Positions 8,372 through 18,136 are shown, counted from the stretch's first letter. The stretch: 64,000 nucleotides of DNA from a virus (IMGVR_UViG_3300046096_000411:1-64000), one strand, 5' to 3'. Translations and numbers: made by a program. The notes: generated from the sequence alone by a model not told the origin.

Positions 8372-11227
8372 TTAGTATCCCATGGAAGGACGCCAGTTCG
8401 ACTGGACGCGCGTCTGGACCTGCTGCGGTGCGCCCATGGGCCGACCGTTTGCATCCACCACGCGCACGGTAATGTCGTCGGCGCTAATGTTGTAGGACGG
8501 GTTCACACCACCGCGACCAGACCCGGCGCCGGATGGCAGCGGCGTCCCCTCCCCGATCTTGGTACCCTCAACGCGGGCCATGATATCGGCGGCATAGGCC
8601 TCGGCAGCCGGGCCTGAGCCGTTGTAGGCGCGAACACCAGAGCGCACGCTGCCCGTCCGCTGAATGTTGTTCTTGAGTAGCTTGGCCGCCTCTTCGATTG
8701 ATCGCTCGGGATTGCGCCAATCATCTGTCAGGCCACGCTCAGCCAGGAAGGCGGAATTGTGCTGCATCAAACCATAGTCCCGGGTGCCGTTGCGGTTGAC
8801 GCCACCCACCGCGCCAGGGCGCATGTTGGACTCTTTCATGGCCATGGCCTTCAAGAGACGCGGGTCCACGCCGTACTGCTTGCCGTACTTCACGAACAGG
8901 TCGTCAAACGTGCCGGGAGCCTCCGCGCCACCGCTTGACGTGTAGCTGCGACCACCGCCGCCGCCCGCGGCTGCAGGAGCACTCCCAAGACGACCCAGTC
9001 GAGAGCCTTCGGCTGCCGACTGGTTGATGCTGCCGGTGATTTCTGGGTCGGTGCTTTCCTTGCGCATCTGCTCGATGCGCTTCTCCCGCTCCTTGGTCTC
9101 GGCCTCAATCGCCAAGGCTTCTTTTTCCTGCAGATCAAGAATGCGCTTGCGCACGTCCTCAGACTTGCGGGCGTATTCGTCTGTCAGTTCGGTGATGTTC
9201 TTTTGCGCGCGCTCAATCTCTTCTGGCGTCATGGAGCCAAAGTTCTTCTTTAGCTCCGCCACGGCCGTGTTGCGCTTCACGCGAATGGACTCGGCCTCGC
9301 CAATAGCCCCGAGCCGCTGCGCCTCAAAACTGCCCTTGATGCCAGCCACCTTGTCCCGGGACTCCAGCGCCATGACCTCGGCCATGATTTCCTTGGGCGA
9401 CTTCTTGCCGCCGCCGGCCATGTACATGATGCCGTGGCGCATCTGGTCCACGATTGGCACCAGCTTGTCGGCCAAGTTGGTCTTGATGTTGTCGAGGCTG
9501 TTTTTACTGTCGCGGATATCCGAGCCTTGGGTGCGCTCCTGATCGTACTGAGCGGTGAGCTTGGCCAGCGTTTCGCGCTCCATGGGGGTGCCCAGCGAGC
9601 GACGCAGCTCTTCCTTGTCGGCTCCGCTCACATCCTTTCGGCTCAGAAGCGTGTCAGACAAGCCCTTGCGGTCGGCGTCGGACCCATACAACGCCTTGGA
9701 CAGGTTGCCGATGCCGTTGCCGGACAGTTTGGACAGGTCGCCAAACTTCTGCATCTCCCCGATCTGGTTCGGGTCCACGGACAGGATGCCCATGGCCTGC
9801 CGCATGTTGATGCCCAAGTGGTTCGCCGTGGCCTGAGCCAGCATTTTATTGTTCTTGCCGTACTGGCCGCGCATTTGTTCCAGCGACGACTGGAGGAACG
9901 TCTTGTCGCCACCGGGTCCGCTGATGCCAAAACGCTTAGCAATGCTGCCTTCACCAAACGCCTCGTCGTTGGTGGCAAACGCACCACCCTCGCGCAGAAT
10001 CTGGGTCTGGAACGGGTCGAGTCCCATGCGGGCCCCAACCATGGATGTGAAGAACTGCGAGGCCTCGCCCTTGGCGCCACCCGCAGACAGCGATCCATTG
10101 ATGCGTCCCAGCAGGCTTGCTGCTCCAGCCGGGTCCATGCCCGGGATGCCAGAGCCCACCATGCTGGAAAACATGCCGGCGTAGCCCGCGACGTTGGCCA
10201 CGCCCATGTTGCTACGGGTCTGAGCGGCGGCGTACCCGCCCAAGGCGTCCATGACTTCCTCGGCCTTGGCAAACGCCCCGGCCTTGCCGATGGTCTCGCC
10301 GATCAGCAACGCGAACCGACGGCTCTCTGTCGTGTTGCTGGTGACGCCGAGGCCGCGCATCTGGCCCATCACGCCCACGCCCTGTGACGGGTCGAGGCCG
10401 AAGGCGCGAGACATGCCCACACCCACGTCCAACTCGTCGCTGATGGTCTTGTACTGGTCGGTGGTGACGTTCCCCAGCTTGGTGAACTGCGCGGCCAGGC
10501 GCCCGGCCTCGTCGTAGGTGATCTTCAGGTTGTCGGCGCTGCCGTGAACCACGGATTTAAGCGCAGCAAACGAAACGTTCACGTCGCCCAGCGTCCGCTT
10601 CAGGGTGTCGAGCCCAATGTTGTTGCGCTCGGCCTGGTCGATCTTCTCCATGACGCCGCTGACCAGCTTGCCCACACCCAGCGCCAGCATACCGCCCATA
10701 AGGCCCATGAGCCCGGCACCAAAGCCAGCGGACATGCCAGTGCCCAAGGCATTGGCTGCAACGCCGCCAGCGGGGCCAGCAGACCCCAAGCCAGCCTGCG
10801 TGACGCGCTGCCACGTCGGCGTGACGTGAGGCGCGCCAGGCGGGCCATGCTGTGGATTGGTGGGCTGTGGATTGGTGGGCTGCTGACCGCCACCAGCGAA
10901 GGATGCGCCAGTCGAATACTCAAAGGCCTTGCGCATTTGCCGGGCGCGGGAATTAGGGTCAGCGTAGAGCTTCTCCCAATCCACGTTCAACAGGCTTGCG
11001 CCACCCTGCCCCGTCTCTTTCATGCGCTTATTCAAGTCGCCCTGAATTTTGCGCAGCTGCTCGAATTGCCTGACCATCTTGTCAAGGTCAGCCTTGGTCG
11101 TGCCGGAAAACGGCGTGAACTGCACCTTGTTCGCCGCTGCGATTTTCTGACCCAGGCTATTGATTTTCTGCTCAATACCCGAGGTGTCGAATTGCGCCTC
11201 TACGCCAATACCAATTTTGCTTGTCAT
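8372..11227 (-). CDS. Tape measure protein with C-terminal lytic transglycosylase (SLT) domain
   Basis: Long Ala/Gly helical protein after chaperones; LLKAMAMKESN, DYGLMQ, VRAYNG SLT motifs; start taken at MTSKIG overlapping upstream stop. Confidence 0.9.
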   Translation of the reverse strand: MTSKIGIGVEAQFDTSGIEQKINSLGQKIAAANKVQFTPFSGTTKADLDKMVRQFEQLRKIQGDLNKRMKETGQGGASLLNVDWEKLYADPNSRARQMRKAFEYSTGASFAGGGQQPTNPQPTNPQHGPPGAPHVTPTWQRVTQAGLGSAGPAGGVAANALGTGMSAGFGAGLMGLMGGMLALGVGKLVSGVMEKIDQAERNNIGLDTLKRTLGDVNVSFAALKSVVHGSADNLKITYDEAGRLAAQFTKLGNVTTDQYKTISDELDVGVGMSRAFGLDPSQGVGVMGQMRGLGVTSNTTESRRFALLIGETIGKAGAFAKAEEVMDALGGYAAAQTRSNMGVANVAGYAGMFSSMVGSGIPGMDPAGAASLLGRINGSLSAGGAKGEASQFFTSMVGARMGLDPFQTQILREGGAFATNDEAFGEGSIAKRFGISGPGGDKTFLQSSLEQMRGQYGKNNKMLAQATANHLGINMRQAMGILSVDPNQIGEMQKFGDLSKLSGNGIGNLSKALYGSDADRKGLSDTLLSRKDVSGADKEELRRSLGTPMERETLAKLTAQYDQERTQGSDIRDSKNSLDNIKTNLADKLVPIVDQMRHGIMYMAGGGKKSPKEIMAEVMALESRDKVAGIKGSFEAQRLGAIGEAESIRVKRNTAVAELKKNFGSMTPEEIERAQKNITELTDEYARKSEDVRKRILDLQEKEALAIEAETKEREKRIEQMRKESTDPEITGSINQSAAEGSRLGRLGSAPAAAGGGGGRSYTSSGGAEAPGTFDDLFVKYGKQYGVDPRLLKAMAMKESNMRPGAVGGVNRNGTRDYGLMQHNSAFLAERGLTDDWRNPERSIEEAAKLLKNNIQRTGSVRSGVRAYNGSGPAAEAYAADIMARVEGTKIGEGTPLPSGAGSGRGGVNPSYNISADDITVRVVDANGRPMGAPQQVQTRVQSNWRPSMGY

Positions 11228-11500
11228 AAAGTGCTCACATCTTCCCATTCATCCGGGTTGTTGGCCCCGATCAGCGCAGCCACATCGTCGGGGTTGAAAT
11301 CGTCGTCTTCCACAGCCTCCAAAGCCTTCGGATCGTCGTGGAACAGGTGCGCGTAGTAGTCCGCAAGCATCTCCTCCGGCGTAGCATCCAAAAAGCGTGG
11401 ATCAGTCGCCGGCAGGCTGTACTTTTTACGGTACCAAAACTCCACCGTCGTCACCCGATGCCGGGCTATTTCCTTTGCTTCCGCCGTTCTTTGAGCGACG
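11224..11500 (-). CDS. Tail assembly chaperone C-terminal extension (gpT-like), probably reached by +1 frameshift
   Basis: +1 frame relative to chaperone is open from 11544 to 11224 and reads FVAQRTAEAKEIARHRVTTVEFWYRKKYSLPATDPRFL. Confidence 0.7.
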
Positions 11501-11803
11501 AAAAGAGCGCTCCTGTTCGGCCAGCGCGTTGTGCACCTTGCCCATCAGAGCGTAGGATTCGTCATCCAGCGGGTCCAAATCATCCAAATCGAAGCCAGCC
11601 GGGGCGCGCACGGTGAGCACGCGCAACGTGGACATCCAGCCGCCCACGGTTTGCAGCCATGCGGTGGGCTCCACGCCGTCGATGATTCTGGCGAACTCCA
11701 CCTGAATGGCGATCTCATCGCGCATGGTGCGCTTACCAAACGTGAAAGAGCCAACGCCCTCTACCTTCACAACAAAATCAGTGTCCTGCGCAGTGCGTGC
11801 CAT
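11426..11803 (-). CDS. Tail assembly chaperone (gpG-like)
   Basis: About 125 aa gene between tube and tape measure with overlapping downstream frame. Confidence 0.75.
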   Translation of the reverse strand: MARTAQDTDFVVKVEGVGSFTFGKRTMRDEIAIQVEFARIIDGVEPTAWLQTVGGWMSTLRVLTVRAPAGFDLDDLDPLDDESYALMGKVHNALAEQERSFRRSKNGGSKGNSPASGDDGGVLVP

Positions 11804-11820
11804 ATTGAATCCCATTCATG

Positions 11821-11856
11821 AAAAAAGCCGCCGCTCCACCATTGGAGGGGCGGCCT
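11821..11856 (-). terminator. Rho-independent terminator after tail tube gene
   Basis: Imperfect GC stem (gccgcc/ggcggc with ctcca/tggag) followed by T6 on minus strand. Confidence 0.7.
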
Positions 11857-11870
11857 ATTATCGGGCAGGA

Positions 11871-12293
11871 TCAGGCTGCTGTGCCGACAACATCCAAAGC
11901 ATTGAACTGACCGCTGGCCACAATGATCTGGTGGGCGTTGATGTCGATATCGCCACTGGCGTAGGAGCAGCCAACGTACTTGCGCAACAGCTTGCCGTCG
12001 TCCTTGGAATACCACTCCAAGTCGAACACCAGGCCCTGCAGCATGGCGTCGCCGTTTTCGGCGGCGATACCAGCCTCAAGCATGGCGCCTTTGATCAGCA
12101 CCATCTGGCTGACGCTGATGGAGTGGCGCGCCATGGTGGGCACGTACTCCTGAACGTGAATGTCGCCGATGCCAGAAGCTGGCTCTGGGCTGTAGTCGTC
12201 GTTCAGGCGGACGGAGCGGACCATACCGATCTGCTTGCCGTCGAACACGACAACAACTCGGTTGCCGCTGCGGGTTTTGATGTTTTGTTTCAT
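11871..12293 (-). CDS. Tail tube protein
   Basis: 140 aa directly after sheath; GKQIGMVRSV, GIGDIHVQEYVP. Confidence 0.85.
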   Translation of the reverse strand: MKQNIKTRSGNRVVVVFDGKQIGMVRSVRLNDDYSPEPASGIGDIHVQEYVPTMARHSISVSQMVLIKGAMLEAGIAAENGDAMLQGLVFDLEWYSKDDGKLLRKYVGCSYASGDIDINAHQIIVASGQFNALDVVGTAA

Positions 12294-12304
12294 TTAGGTT
12301 CTCC

Positions 12305-14023
12305 TTATGCCGCAGTGGCAGAGCCGCTGAACGGCACAGCAAACACGGTCACCAGCACATAGTTGACGGGGATCACGGGCGAGCATTCGAACTCAACCCG
12401 CAGTACATCGCCCTCAAGCGTGGCCTTGATGTTGCGGTAGGCCGGGCTCTCAGTGTTGCCAGCCAACACGCCAGGGCCTTGGGGCTCTTCACGCGCCAGC
12501 TCGCGCAGCGTGGACTCAGCGATGCTGATAGCGCGGGACAACACCAGTGGGTTACCCTTGGCGCCGCGCAGCACGTCAAGCGCCTCGCGGACGTTGCGGT
12601 TGGTGAAGTCGAGGGCCACACCGCAGGACTGCTCCACGCGGTTGTAGTTTTCGTTCACAAGCCAGGTGCTGATGGACTTAACCACCTTGTAGCCACTGGA
12701 CGTGTTCTCCAAGCACAGCACGCCGCCGGTGATCAGCACGTCGGTGTCGATGGGGTTGCGGAGGTCGCGCTCCAGACCACGGACAGCAATCGTCTTGTTG
12801 GTCAGCGGGGTGCCAGGGTTTACGCCGGCAAACGCCCCAGCGATCAGCGCCGCAGAGATGTAAGCTGGGTACAGCGTCAGCACACCGGCTGCGTTGTAGT
12901 TGTAGTGCCCGAGGTGCACCAGGGACGTCCGGTCGCTGTTGAGCGCCTTCGCGGCGGCCACTGCGGCTGCATCGGTGCTGCTCAAGCCCATACCAACAAT
13001 TGCGCGACGCTCCATACGGGCGACGTTGCTCATGTAGACGGCGTGGGCATCGGCCATCGCGTGGATGGATGCGTCACCAGACACTGGGCAAATCCACTGC
13101 GCGTCAACCGTCTGCAGTACCTCGAAGGCGTCTGCCCAGTCGGCCGTAAGGGTCGAGCCATTGGAGCCACCGGACAGGAACGCAAAAGCGGACGCTGCGG
13201 GCGGCTTGCCAACGGCGGCCACGCGGGTGGCTCGAACAAAGTCCTGCTGCGCACCGTTGAACCAGTCCACCAACGCCTGAAGGTCTGCCTTCACGGTGTA
13301 GGGCGTGGTTTTCACGTTTTGAGTCGTGATGTAGTCCAGACCGTTCAAAGCGATCTTGGAGTAATTGCCGTCGCCAACAGTAGCGGAGAAGCCAGCCACC
13401 AAGTTGATGCGGTCCACCACGGCCTGAATGGTCGTGTACAGCGTCATGTCGATGGTCGCCACCGTGGTGCCAGTGGGCGCCTGCAGCACCACGCTGGTAC
13501 CGTCAATCGTCGCCACGGCTGTGGCCTCGGCACCGGTGTAGACCAGAGAGAAAGCGCTACGGGTCAGGTTGTCGATGGTGTAGTAGGCGTCGTCCTTCTG
13601 CACCGTTGGGCGCAGGCCGGTAACGCTACCCGCCTCAATCTTGACCTTGATCTTGTTCTCGTTCACGCCGTAGCCGACAGACGTGAGGTTGATCACGTTG
13701 GCGGTTGTGGAGTCCTTCAGGACGCCCGTCGCCTGCACAGCAGGGTTCACGCGAACAGCGACCACCTGGCTGGGGCCGTTGGTTTCACGGCTGGGGTCAA
13801 ACGCGGCAAGCACAGCGTCCAGCAACTCGCCAGACTCCAGCGTGCGCTGGGCTTCCTGCGGGCTGCCAAAGCGCAGCGCTGTCTTGGGCGCTCCACCGGC
13901 GGAAGACCCGACAATTGCAACGACGTTGCCGACGCTGAGGTTTTGATTGCGCATCGCGTCATCGTTGACGACAGACGCGGTGGTTGGTGTGATGAGCAGG
14001 CGCCCATTGAAGAATACAGACAT
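12305..14023 (-). CDS. Contractile tail sheath protein
   Basis: 572 aa; C-terminal VEFECSPVIPVNYVLVT sheath signature; precedes tube. Confidence 0.92.
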   Translation of the reverse strand: MSVFFNGRLLITPTTASVVNDDAMRNQNLSVGNVVAIVGSSAGGAPKTALRFGSPQEAQRTLESGELLDAVLAAFDPSRETNGPSQVVAVRVNPAVQATGVLKDSTTANVINLTSVGYGVNENKIKVKIEAGSVTGLRPTVQKDDAYYTIDNLTRSAFSLVYTGAEATAVATIDGTSVVLQAPTGTTVATIDMTLYTTIQAVVDRINLVAGFSATVGDGNYSKIALNGLDYITTQNVKTTPYTVKADLQALVDWFNGAQQDFVRATRVAAVGKPPAASAFAFLSGGSNGSTLTADWADAFEVLQTVDAQWICPVSGDASIHAMADAHAVYMSNVARMERRAIVGMGLSSTDAAAVAAAKALNSDRTSLVHLGHYNYNAAGVLTLYPAYISAALIAGAFAGVNPGTPLTNKTIAVRGLERDLRNPIDTDVLITGGVLCLENTSSGYKVVKSISTWLVNENYNRVEQSCGVALDFTNRNVREALDVLRGAKGNPLVLSRAISIAESTLRELAREEPQGPGVLAGNTESPAYRNIKATLEGDVLRVEFECSPVIPVNYVLVTVFAVPFSGSATAA

Positions 14024-14035
14024 GCTGGGCCTCGC

Positions 14036-14251
14036 TTAAACAGGCTTGTTGAGAAATGCGTCGAACCGAGATTTGAACTCGGACTCGGTGGCGCTCAGGC
14101 GTCCACCGGTGCGCTCGTGGTGCTCAAAGGAACCGATCAGCTCTGGACGCTTCACGGTCGCCGACAGGCGAGCACAAAACTCATTCAGATGCTGTGGAAG
14201 TTCCGGCGTCGCTGGCTCTGCCGACGCCACAGTGGTGGCTAACTTACTCAA
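14036..14251 (-). CDS. Small hypothetical virion-associated protein
   Basis: 71 aa, overlaps upstream stop, precedes sheath. Confidence 0.6.
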   Translation of the reverse strand: MSKLATTVASAEPATPELPQHLNEFCARLSATVKRPELIGSFEHHERTGGRLSATESEFKSRFDAFLNKPV

Positions 14252-15084
14252 TTGGCGCTCCTTAAAATTACTTCGTTGATGACGCTGTTCACTCGACCCG
14301 CAACGCGAACCGGGGCAAGGCAGGTGAACGTGCTCATCACCTGGTAGATGTGAGCGGGATACTCGCCGTTGACGGCATCAATGTCCTGCTGCGACAGGCC
14401 GCACTGCTGCCACCCCTCGTCAGCGAACACCGGCAGGTTTGCCACGACGATCCGTCGTATGGCCTTGCGAAGCTCCAGCCGCTCGTCGCTGTTCAAGCTC
14501 CAGCCGATCAGGGTCACGCTGACGTTTGCCAGCCACCCCTCGGACTCTGACCAATCGCCGCCAATCTCGTCGAACTGGTCGCCGATCATGTCCTCGCCAA
14601 CAAACCGCTCGCCGGGTTCCTCGTTTTCGAGGTGCACGGTCACGAGTGGCATGGCCAGGTCGCGCTCAAGCGACGGGGATGCGGTGTAAACCTGGATGTA
14701 ACCAAGCTCGGTGGCGAAGTTGCCGCGTTGGCACTCCACCAGGAGGCCGGACTCAATCCGTTGACGGAGCACCGACAGCACGTCGACGCTCATGTCCTCA
14801 TAGATAGCATCAGGCGTGCCGCTGGCCGTTGGTCCAGCCGTCCAGACCAAGCCATCGGACGTGTAGAACGGCCGATAGAAGGCCATCACCTGATTTTGCA
14901 GGAAGGCAGAGTCAACGATTACACGCTCGTCACCCTCATAGGCCACGACCGCCGATGCGTCGTCGTGGCTGGAAAATGTATTAGACCCCTTGCGAAGCAC
15001 CTTCCACCGGACGGCACCAGCTGGCGGCTCGATAAAGAGCCGCAGCGCATTGCCGACGTGGAGTGGTTGCACCATGGAGATCAC
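14248..15084 (-). CDS. Tail terminator / completion protein
   Basis: Position before sheath; PLVTVHLENE strand; GTG start lies 15 nt from GTCGTGA motif. Confidence 0.6.
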   Translation of the reverse strand: MISMVQPLHVGNALRLFIEPPAGAVRWKVLRKGSNTFSSHDDASAVVAYEGDERVIVDSAFLQNQVMAFYRPFYTSDGLVWTAGPTASGTPDAIYEDMSVDVLSVLRQRIESGLLVECQRGNFATELGYIQVYTASPSLERDLAMPLVTVHLENEEPGERFVGEDMIGDQFDEIGGDWSESEGWLANVSVTLIGWSLNSDERLELRKAIRRIVVANLPVFADEGWQQCGLSQQDIDAVNGEYPAHIYQVMSTFTCLAPVRVAGRVNSVINEVILRSAN

Positions 15085-15106
15085 GCCCGAATTTTTACAT
15101 CACGAC
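15085..15106 (-). promoter_or_regulatory. Late-promoter motif, leaderless (GTCGTGA tgta AAAAT tcgggc GTG)
   Basis: TCACGAC at 15100-15106. Confidence 0.8.
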
Positions 15107-15108
15107 CG

Positions 15109-15130
15109 GGCGTGACAACACAATCAAGAC
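15109..15130 (+). promoter_or_regulatory. Late-promoter motif variant, leaderless (GGCGTGA caac ACAAT caagac ATG)
   Basis: Back-to-back with the 15100-15106 copy; exact 15-nt spacing to ATG 15131. Confidence 0.75.
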
Positions 15131-16003
15131 ATGAGTGCACTCAGCTACACGATCACGTTCTCCGCCGGTGCCCAGCTCGAACTCGCGGCAGGCATCAATT
15201 CTCAGGTGATGCCGCTACTAAACCAGGCTGTGCGCGCTGTGGCGCAACAGACTGCAATCGATTGGCAGAAGGCCGTGCACCAGGCCAAGTTATGGAGCGG
15301 GGAAAAGGACGCATACGCCCAGAGCATCAAGTGGCAGATGACGGGCGACTTTAGCGCGATGGTCGAAACCGACTACAAGCACGCCGCCGAGATCGAAACC
15401 GGGCGCGGGCCACGCGACCTAAAGCAGATGCTACTGACAAGCCAGAAGGTCAGGCGCACCAAGGATGGGCGCCGGTTTCTGGTCATACCCATGCGCCATA
15501 ACACCCCGGGTAACACTGCGCACGCAAGCGCAGTGCCAGCCGCTGTACACAACCTCGCATCGGCCATGGCGCCGTCGCGCGTGGTCTCCATGGGGCAACG
15601 CCCCAGCGGGGAGGTCACGAACCTGTCCCCGAAATCCGGCATGTCGGCGGCCAGCAAGCAGACACCGTTCCTAAGCAACCCAAAGACAAAACAGGCCTCA
15701 ATGGTGGCAGCCCGCAAGTACGCATGGGGCGGCAGACTGACGATGGGGGCGCTCAAAGGCGCAGGGATGGACGCGGCGTCAGCGAAACGCTACGCGGGCA
15801 TGGTTCGCATGGACACCAGCACGCCGGGCGGCGGAAAGTCGTCTCAGCTTATGACGTTCAGAATCATGATGGAGGGCGCAACCGGCAAGTGGGTCATCCC
15901 GGCGCAGCCCGGCAAGTTCCTCGCCAGAGGTGTCGCCCAGGCCATGCAGCCCAAGGCCGAGGCGGCGTTTGCGGCCGCCGTGAAAAAGACGATCAGCGGC
16001 TGA
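15131..16003 (+). CDS. Neck / tail-completion-like protein, inverted relative to module
   Basis: 290 aa basic protein; YAQSIKW...HAAEIETGRGPRDLK...FLVIPMRH...WVIPAQPG resembles myovirus tail completion proteins. Confidence 0.65.
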   Translation: MSALSYTITFSAGAQLELAAGINSQVMPLLNQAVRAVAQQTAIDWQKAVHQAKLWSGEKDAYAQSIKWQMTGDFSAMVETDYKHAAEIETGRGPRDLKQMLLTSQKVRRTKDGRRFLVIPMRHNTPGNTAHASAVPAAVHNLASAMAPSRVVSMGQRPSGEVTNLSPKSGMSAASKQTPFLSNPKTKQASMVAARKYAWGGRLTMGALKGAGMDAASAKRYAGMVRMDTSTPGGGKSSQLMTFRIMMEGATGKWVIPAQPGKFLARGVAQAMQPKAEAAFAAAVKKTISG

Positions 16004-16634
16004 ACAAGTCCCACTTGCGGGCGACTACCTTCTTGGGCAGGCGCATGCCGCTGTGCATGTTCCGATTACTGGGCAGAGCTGCCCACACGAAATATTCAAG
16101 ATACCGCGTCCCAGTCAGGGAGTAGCTGGTGCCTGCAGGCGGCTCGCCCACGCCGCCGGGCCACGTGGGGCGACCGTCGGTACCGATCACCGGCAAACCG
16201 CCCTCCACAACAAGGCGAGTGGTCGGATGCAGCCAGAAACATCGCGTGACGCTGGCCACTGCGAATATCAGGCGCTCCGCAGGCGCACCACGCAGCAGCG
16301 GCTGGCTGAACACATCGGTGGCGTTGAGCATGACAACGCGGTCGAACTGGCCGGCGTCCCACAACGGGCTGGACTGGGGAATGCTGAGCACGGTGTCGCC
16401 GGACTCCCACTGCCCGGACTGCGCCCACTCCGCCAATGTCTCCTGCCCCGCGATGCCGGTCACCGTCCGCACGGGCTCATCCCACAGGCGGCCCTTGCCG
16501 GAGCACAGTATGTGCTTCGGGTCGGCCGCGCCTGATTGTGGGTTGACGCACGCACAGGCATAGGAGCGCCGCCAGTCCACGGACTGTCCGATGTTGGATA
16601 GGTGGCGATCAAACGCCGACGAATTGAACCGCAT
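15993..16634 (-). CDS. Head-tail adaptor / head closure protein
   Basis: WRRSYACACVNP...LCSGKG Cys motif seen in neck proteins; follows connector gene. Confidence 0.65.
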   Translation of the reverse strand: MRFNSSAFDRHLSNIGQSVDWRRSYACACVNPQSGAADPKHILCSGKGRLWDEPVRTVTGIAGQETLAEWAQSGQWESGDTVLSIPQSSPLWDAGQFDRVVMLNATDVFSQPLLRGAPAERLIFAVASVTRCFWLHPTTRLVVEGGLPVIGTDGRPTWPGGVGEPPAGTSYSLTGTRYLEYFVWAALPSNRNMHSGMRLPKKVVARKWDLFSR

Positions 16635-17713
16635 CAGATCACCACCATCCGCACGCCGTGAATGCGCGCCATGAGGCCGCCATTCGATCCAGCCGAGCCG
16701 TTGAGAATGGTGTCCACGGCATCGTGGTACTTGCTGGCGTCAACCGACAAGCTCTGCGACAGGCCGTCGGCGCTGATAGAGCCGGACTGAGGCATGAAGC
16801 CATCCTCCACGATCTTGACCACTGCCATTTTTTGCACGGCGTCGATCAGGTCCGGGTAGTCGCGGGCGGCGTTAGCCAGGCCGGCAATGTATTCCAGCTC
16901 CACGGTGAACGGGAGCTGGCGTCCGCCAGAGAAGTGGCTGAGGAACATGCCGCCCAGCAACGTCTGGTACGCCGTGCCCGTGGGCACGATCTGCACCTGT
17001 CCGTACCTGCCGTCGTGACGCACCCAGTCGGGCGGCACCTCCATGATCGTCTGCGCCGGTGACGGGTAGACGAATTTCATGCTGACAATGGATTGAATAG
17101 GCTTCTGACGGGTGAGGATCATTCCCCACTTGTCGCCGGTGTAGTTGCCGGGGTCGTAATCGTAGGCTGGGTCGATGTCCCACGGCATACCGGCAGGCAG
17201 CGCGGCTATCTGCTCGGGGGTTGGTGTGCGTGGGAAGAATCGGGTCGGCGCCAGCGGAATGCGCAGGGCATGCGCCACATGGGCCTCTGCTGCGAGCAGC
17301 TTCTCCCACAGGTACTCGTCGCTCACCTGCAGGTCGGGCATGATCGAGTTAGCCAGCAGCATGAGCCGGTCCGCCCGAATCTTGTCGATGACCACGTCCT
17401 GAATGAACAGGGCCGAGCGCACGATTTGACCCAGCGCCACGGATGTGACGGCAAAGCGCTTCACGCCACGGGACCACGCCACCACCAGAAGGGCGTCGCC
17501 CGTCGGAATCGCAAGGGTTTCTGCATCGGTCAAATCGACAGACACAGCACCAGGCGCAGTGCCAAGCGTGGCGGCCTTGGATGGCACGTAGACGGTGACG
17601 CCATCAACGGAGACGACCGATGCCGTCACGGCGCCTGTGATGGGTACGGCAGCGCCACTGGCCGTGACGATGACAGCCAGCGTGGCTGGCAGGTTCTGTG
17701 TGGTCGTGAGCAT
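16634..17713 (-). CDS. Head-tail connector (neck) protein
   Basis: VELEYIAGL, SISADGLSQS motifs; start moved to ATG 17713 because ATG 17728 lies inside the promoter -10 element. Confidence 0.7.
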   Translation of the reverse strand: MLTTTQNLPATLAVIVTASGAAVPITGAVTASVVSVDGVTVYVPSKAATLGTAPGAVSVDLTDAETLAIPTGDALLVVAWSRGVKRFAVTSVALGQIVRSALFIQDVVIDKIRADRLMLLANSIMPDLQVSDEYLWEKLLAAEAHVAHALRIPLAPTRFFPRTPTPEQIAALPAGMPWDIDPAYDYDPGNYTGDKWGMILTRQKPIQSIVSMKFVYPSPAQTIMEVPPDWVRHDGRYGQVQIVPTGTAYQTLLGGMFLSHFSGGRQLPFTVELEYIAGLANAARDYPDLIDAVQKMAVVKIVEDGFMPQSGSISADGLSQSLSVDASKYHDAVDTILNGSAGSNGGLMARIHGVRMVVI

Positions 17714-17716
17714 GAT

Positions 17717-17739
17717 GGCGGCAATCATTGCATCACGAC
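17717..17739 (-). promoter_or_regulatory. Late-promoter motif (GTCGTGA tgca ATGAT tgccgc), very short leader
   Basis: TCACGAC at 17733-17739 immediately after a terminator. Confidence 0.7.
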
Positions 17740-17740
17740 G

Positions 17741-17764
17741 AAAAAAAGCCGCCCGAAGGCGGCT
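17741..17764 (-). terminator. Rho-independent terminator
   Basis: AGCCGCC-TTCG-GGCGGCT followed by T-run on minus strand. Confidence 0.85.
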
Positions 17765-17785
17765 GGTTCAAAGCGACAACCAGGC

Positions 17786-18136
17786 TTAGAACGTGGTTTC
17801 GTCGTCGGCTGTGCCGTCGGCCTTGGCCGCGGGCTTCACGGCCTTGGCGGGGGCCACGGGCGCCACTGGCTTGACTGGTGTGGCGGGTGGGGTGACGGCC
17901 TTCAATGCAGCGGCGGCCTCGTCGGCGGCGCGCTGGGCAGCGGCGGCAATTTCAGCCTTGCGGCGAGCATCAGCAGCGGGGTCTTCCTTGTGCTCCACGT
18001 AGCCGGGGATGGATAGGAAGGCCTCGGCCTGCTCAGCGGAGACTTCATCGGACAGCATACCGCCTTCGGCGGGGGTGAACTTTACGCCGTTGATTTCAGC
18101 GGCGGCGTTCGGAAGAGTGCAAATTACTTTTGGCAT
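17786..18136 (-). CDS. Small Ala/Pro-rich protein after capsid gene (possible decoration protein)
   Basis: AGGAG SD; position directly after MCP. Confidence 0.65.
   Translation of the reverse strand: MPKVICTLPNAAAEINGVKFTPAEGGMLSDEVSAEQAEAFLSIPGYVEHKEDPAADARRKAEIAAAAQRAADEAAAALKAVTPPATPVKPVAPVAPAKAVKPAAKADGTADDETTF

Noticed and set aside
11426-11544. Canonical -1 slippery heptamer for the tail chaperone
   Set aside because: Downstream ORF is in the +1 frame and no XXXYYYZ site leads into it
12479-14242. Long plus-strand ORFs antisense to structural genes (also 6837-8216, 18155-19360, 37358-38452, 55504-56700)
   Set aside because: Shadow frames expected from GC-rich codon bias opposite clearly identifiable genes
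64-15084. Tailocin or extracellular contractile injection system
   Set aside because: Capsid, portal, protease and terminase genes are present, so this is a phage
17714-17728. ORF-track start at 17728 for the neck protein
   Set aside because: This ATG lies inside the -10 element of the promoter, upstream of the predicted +1; ATG 17713 preferred
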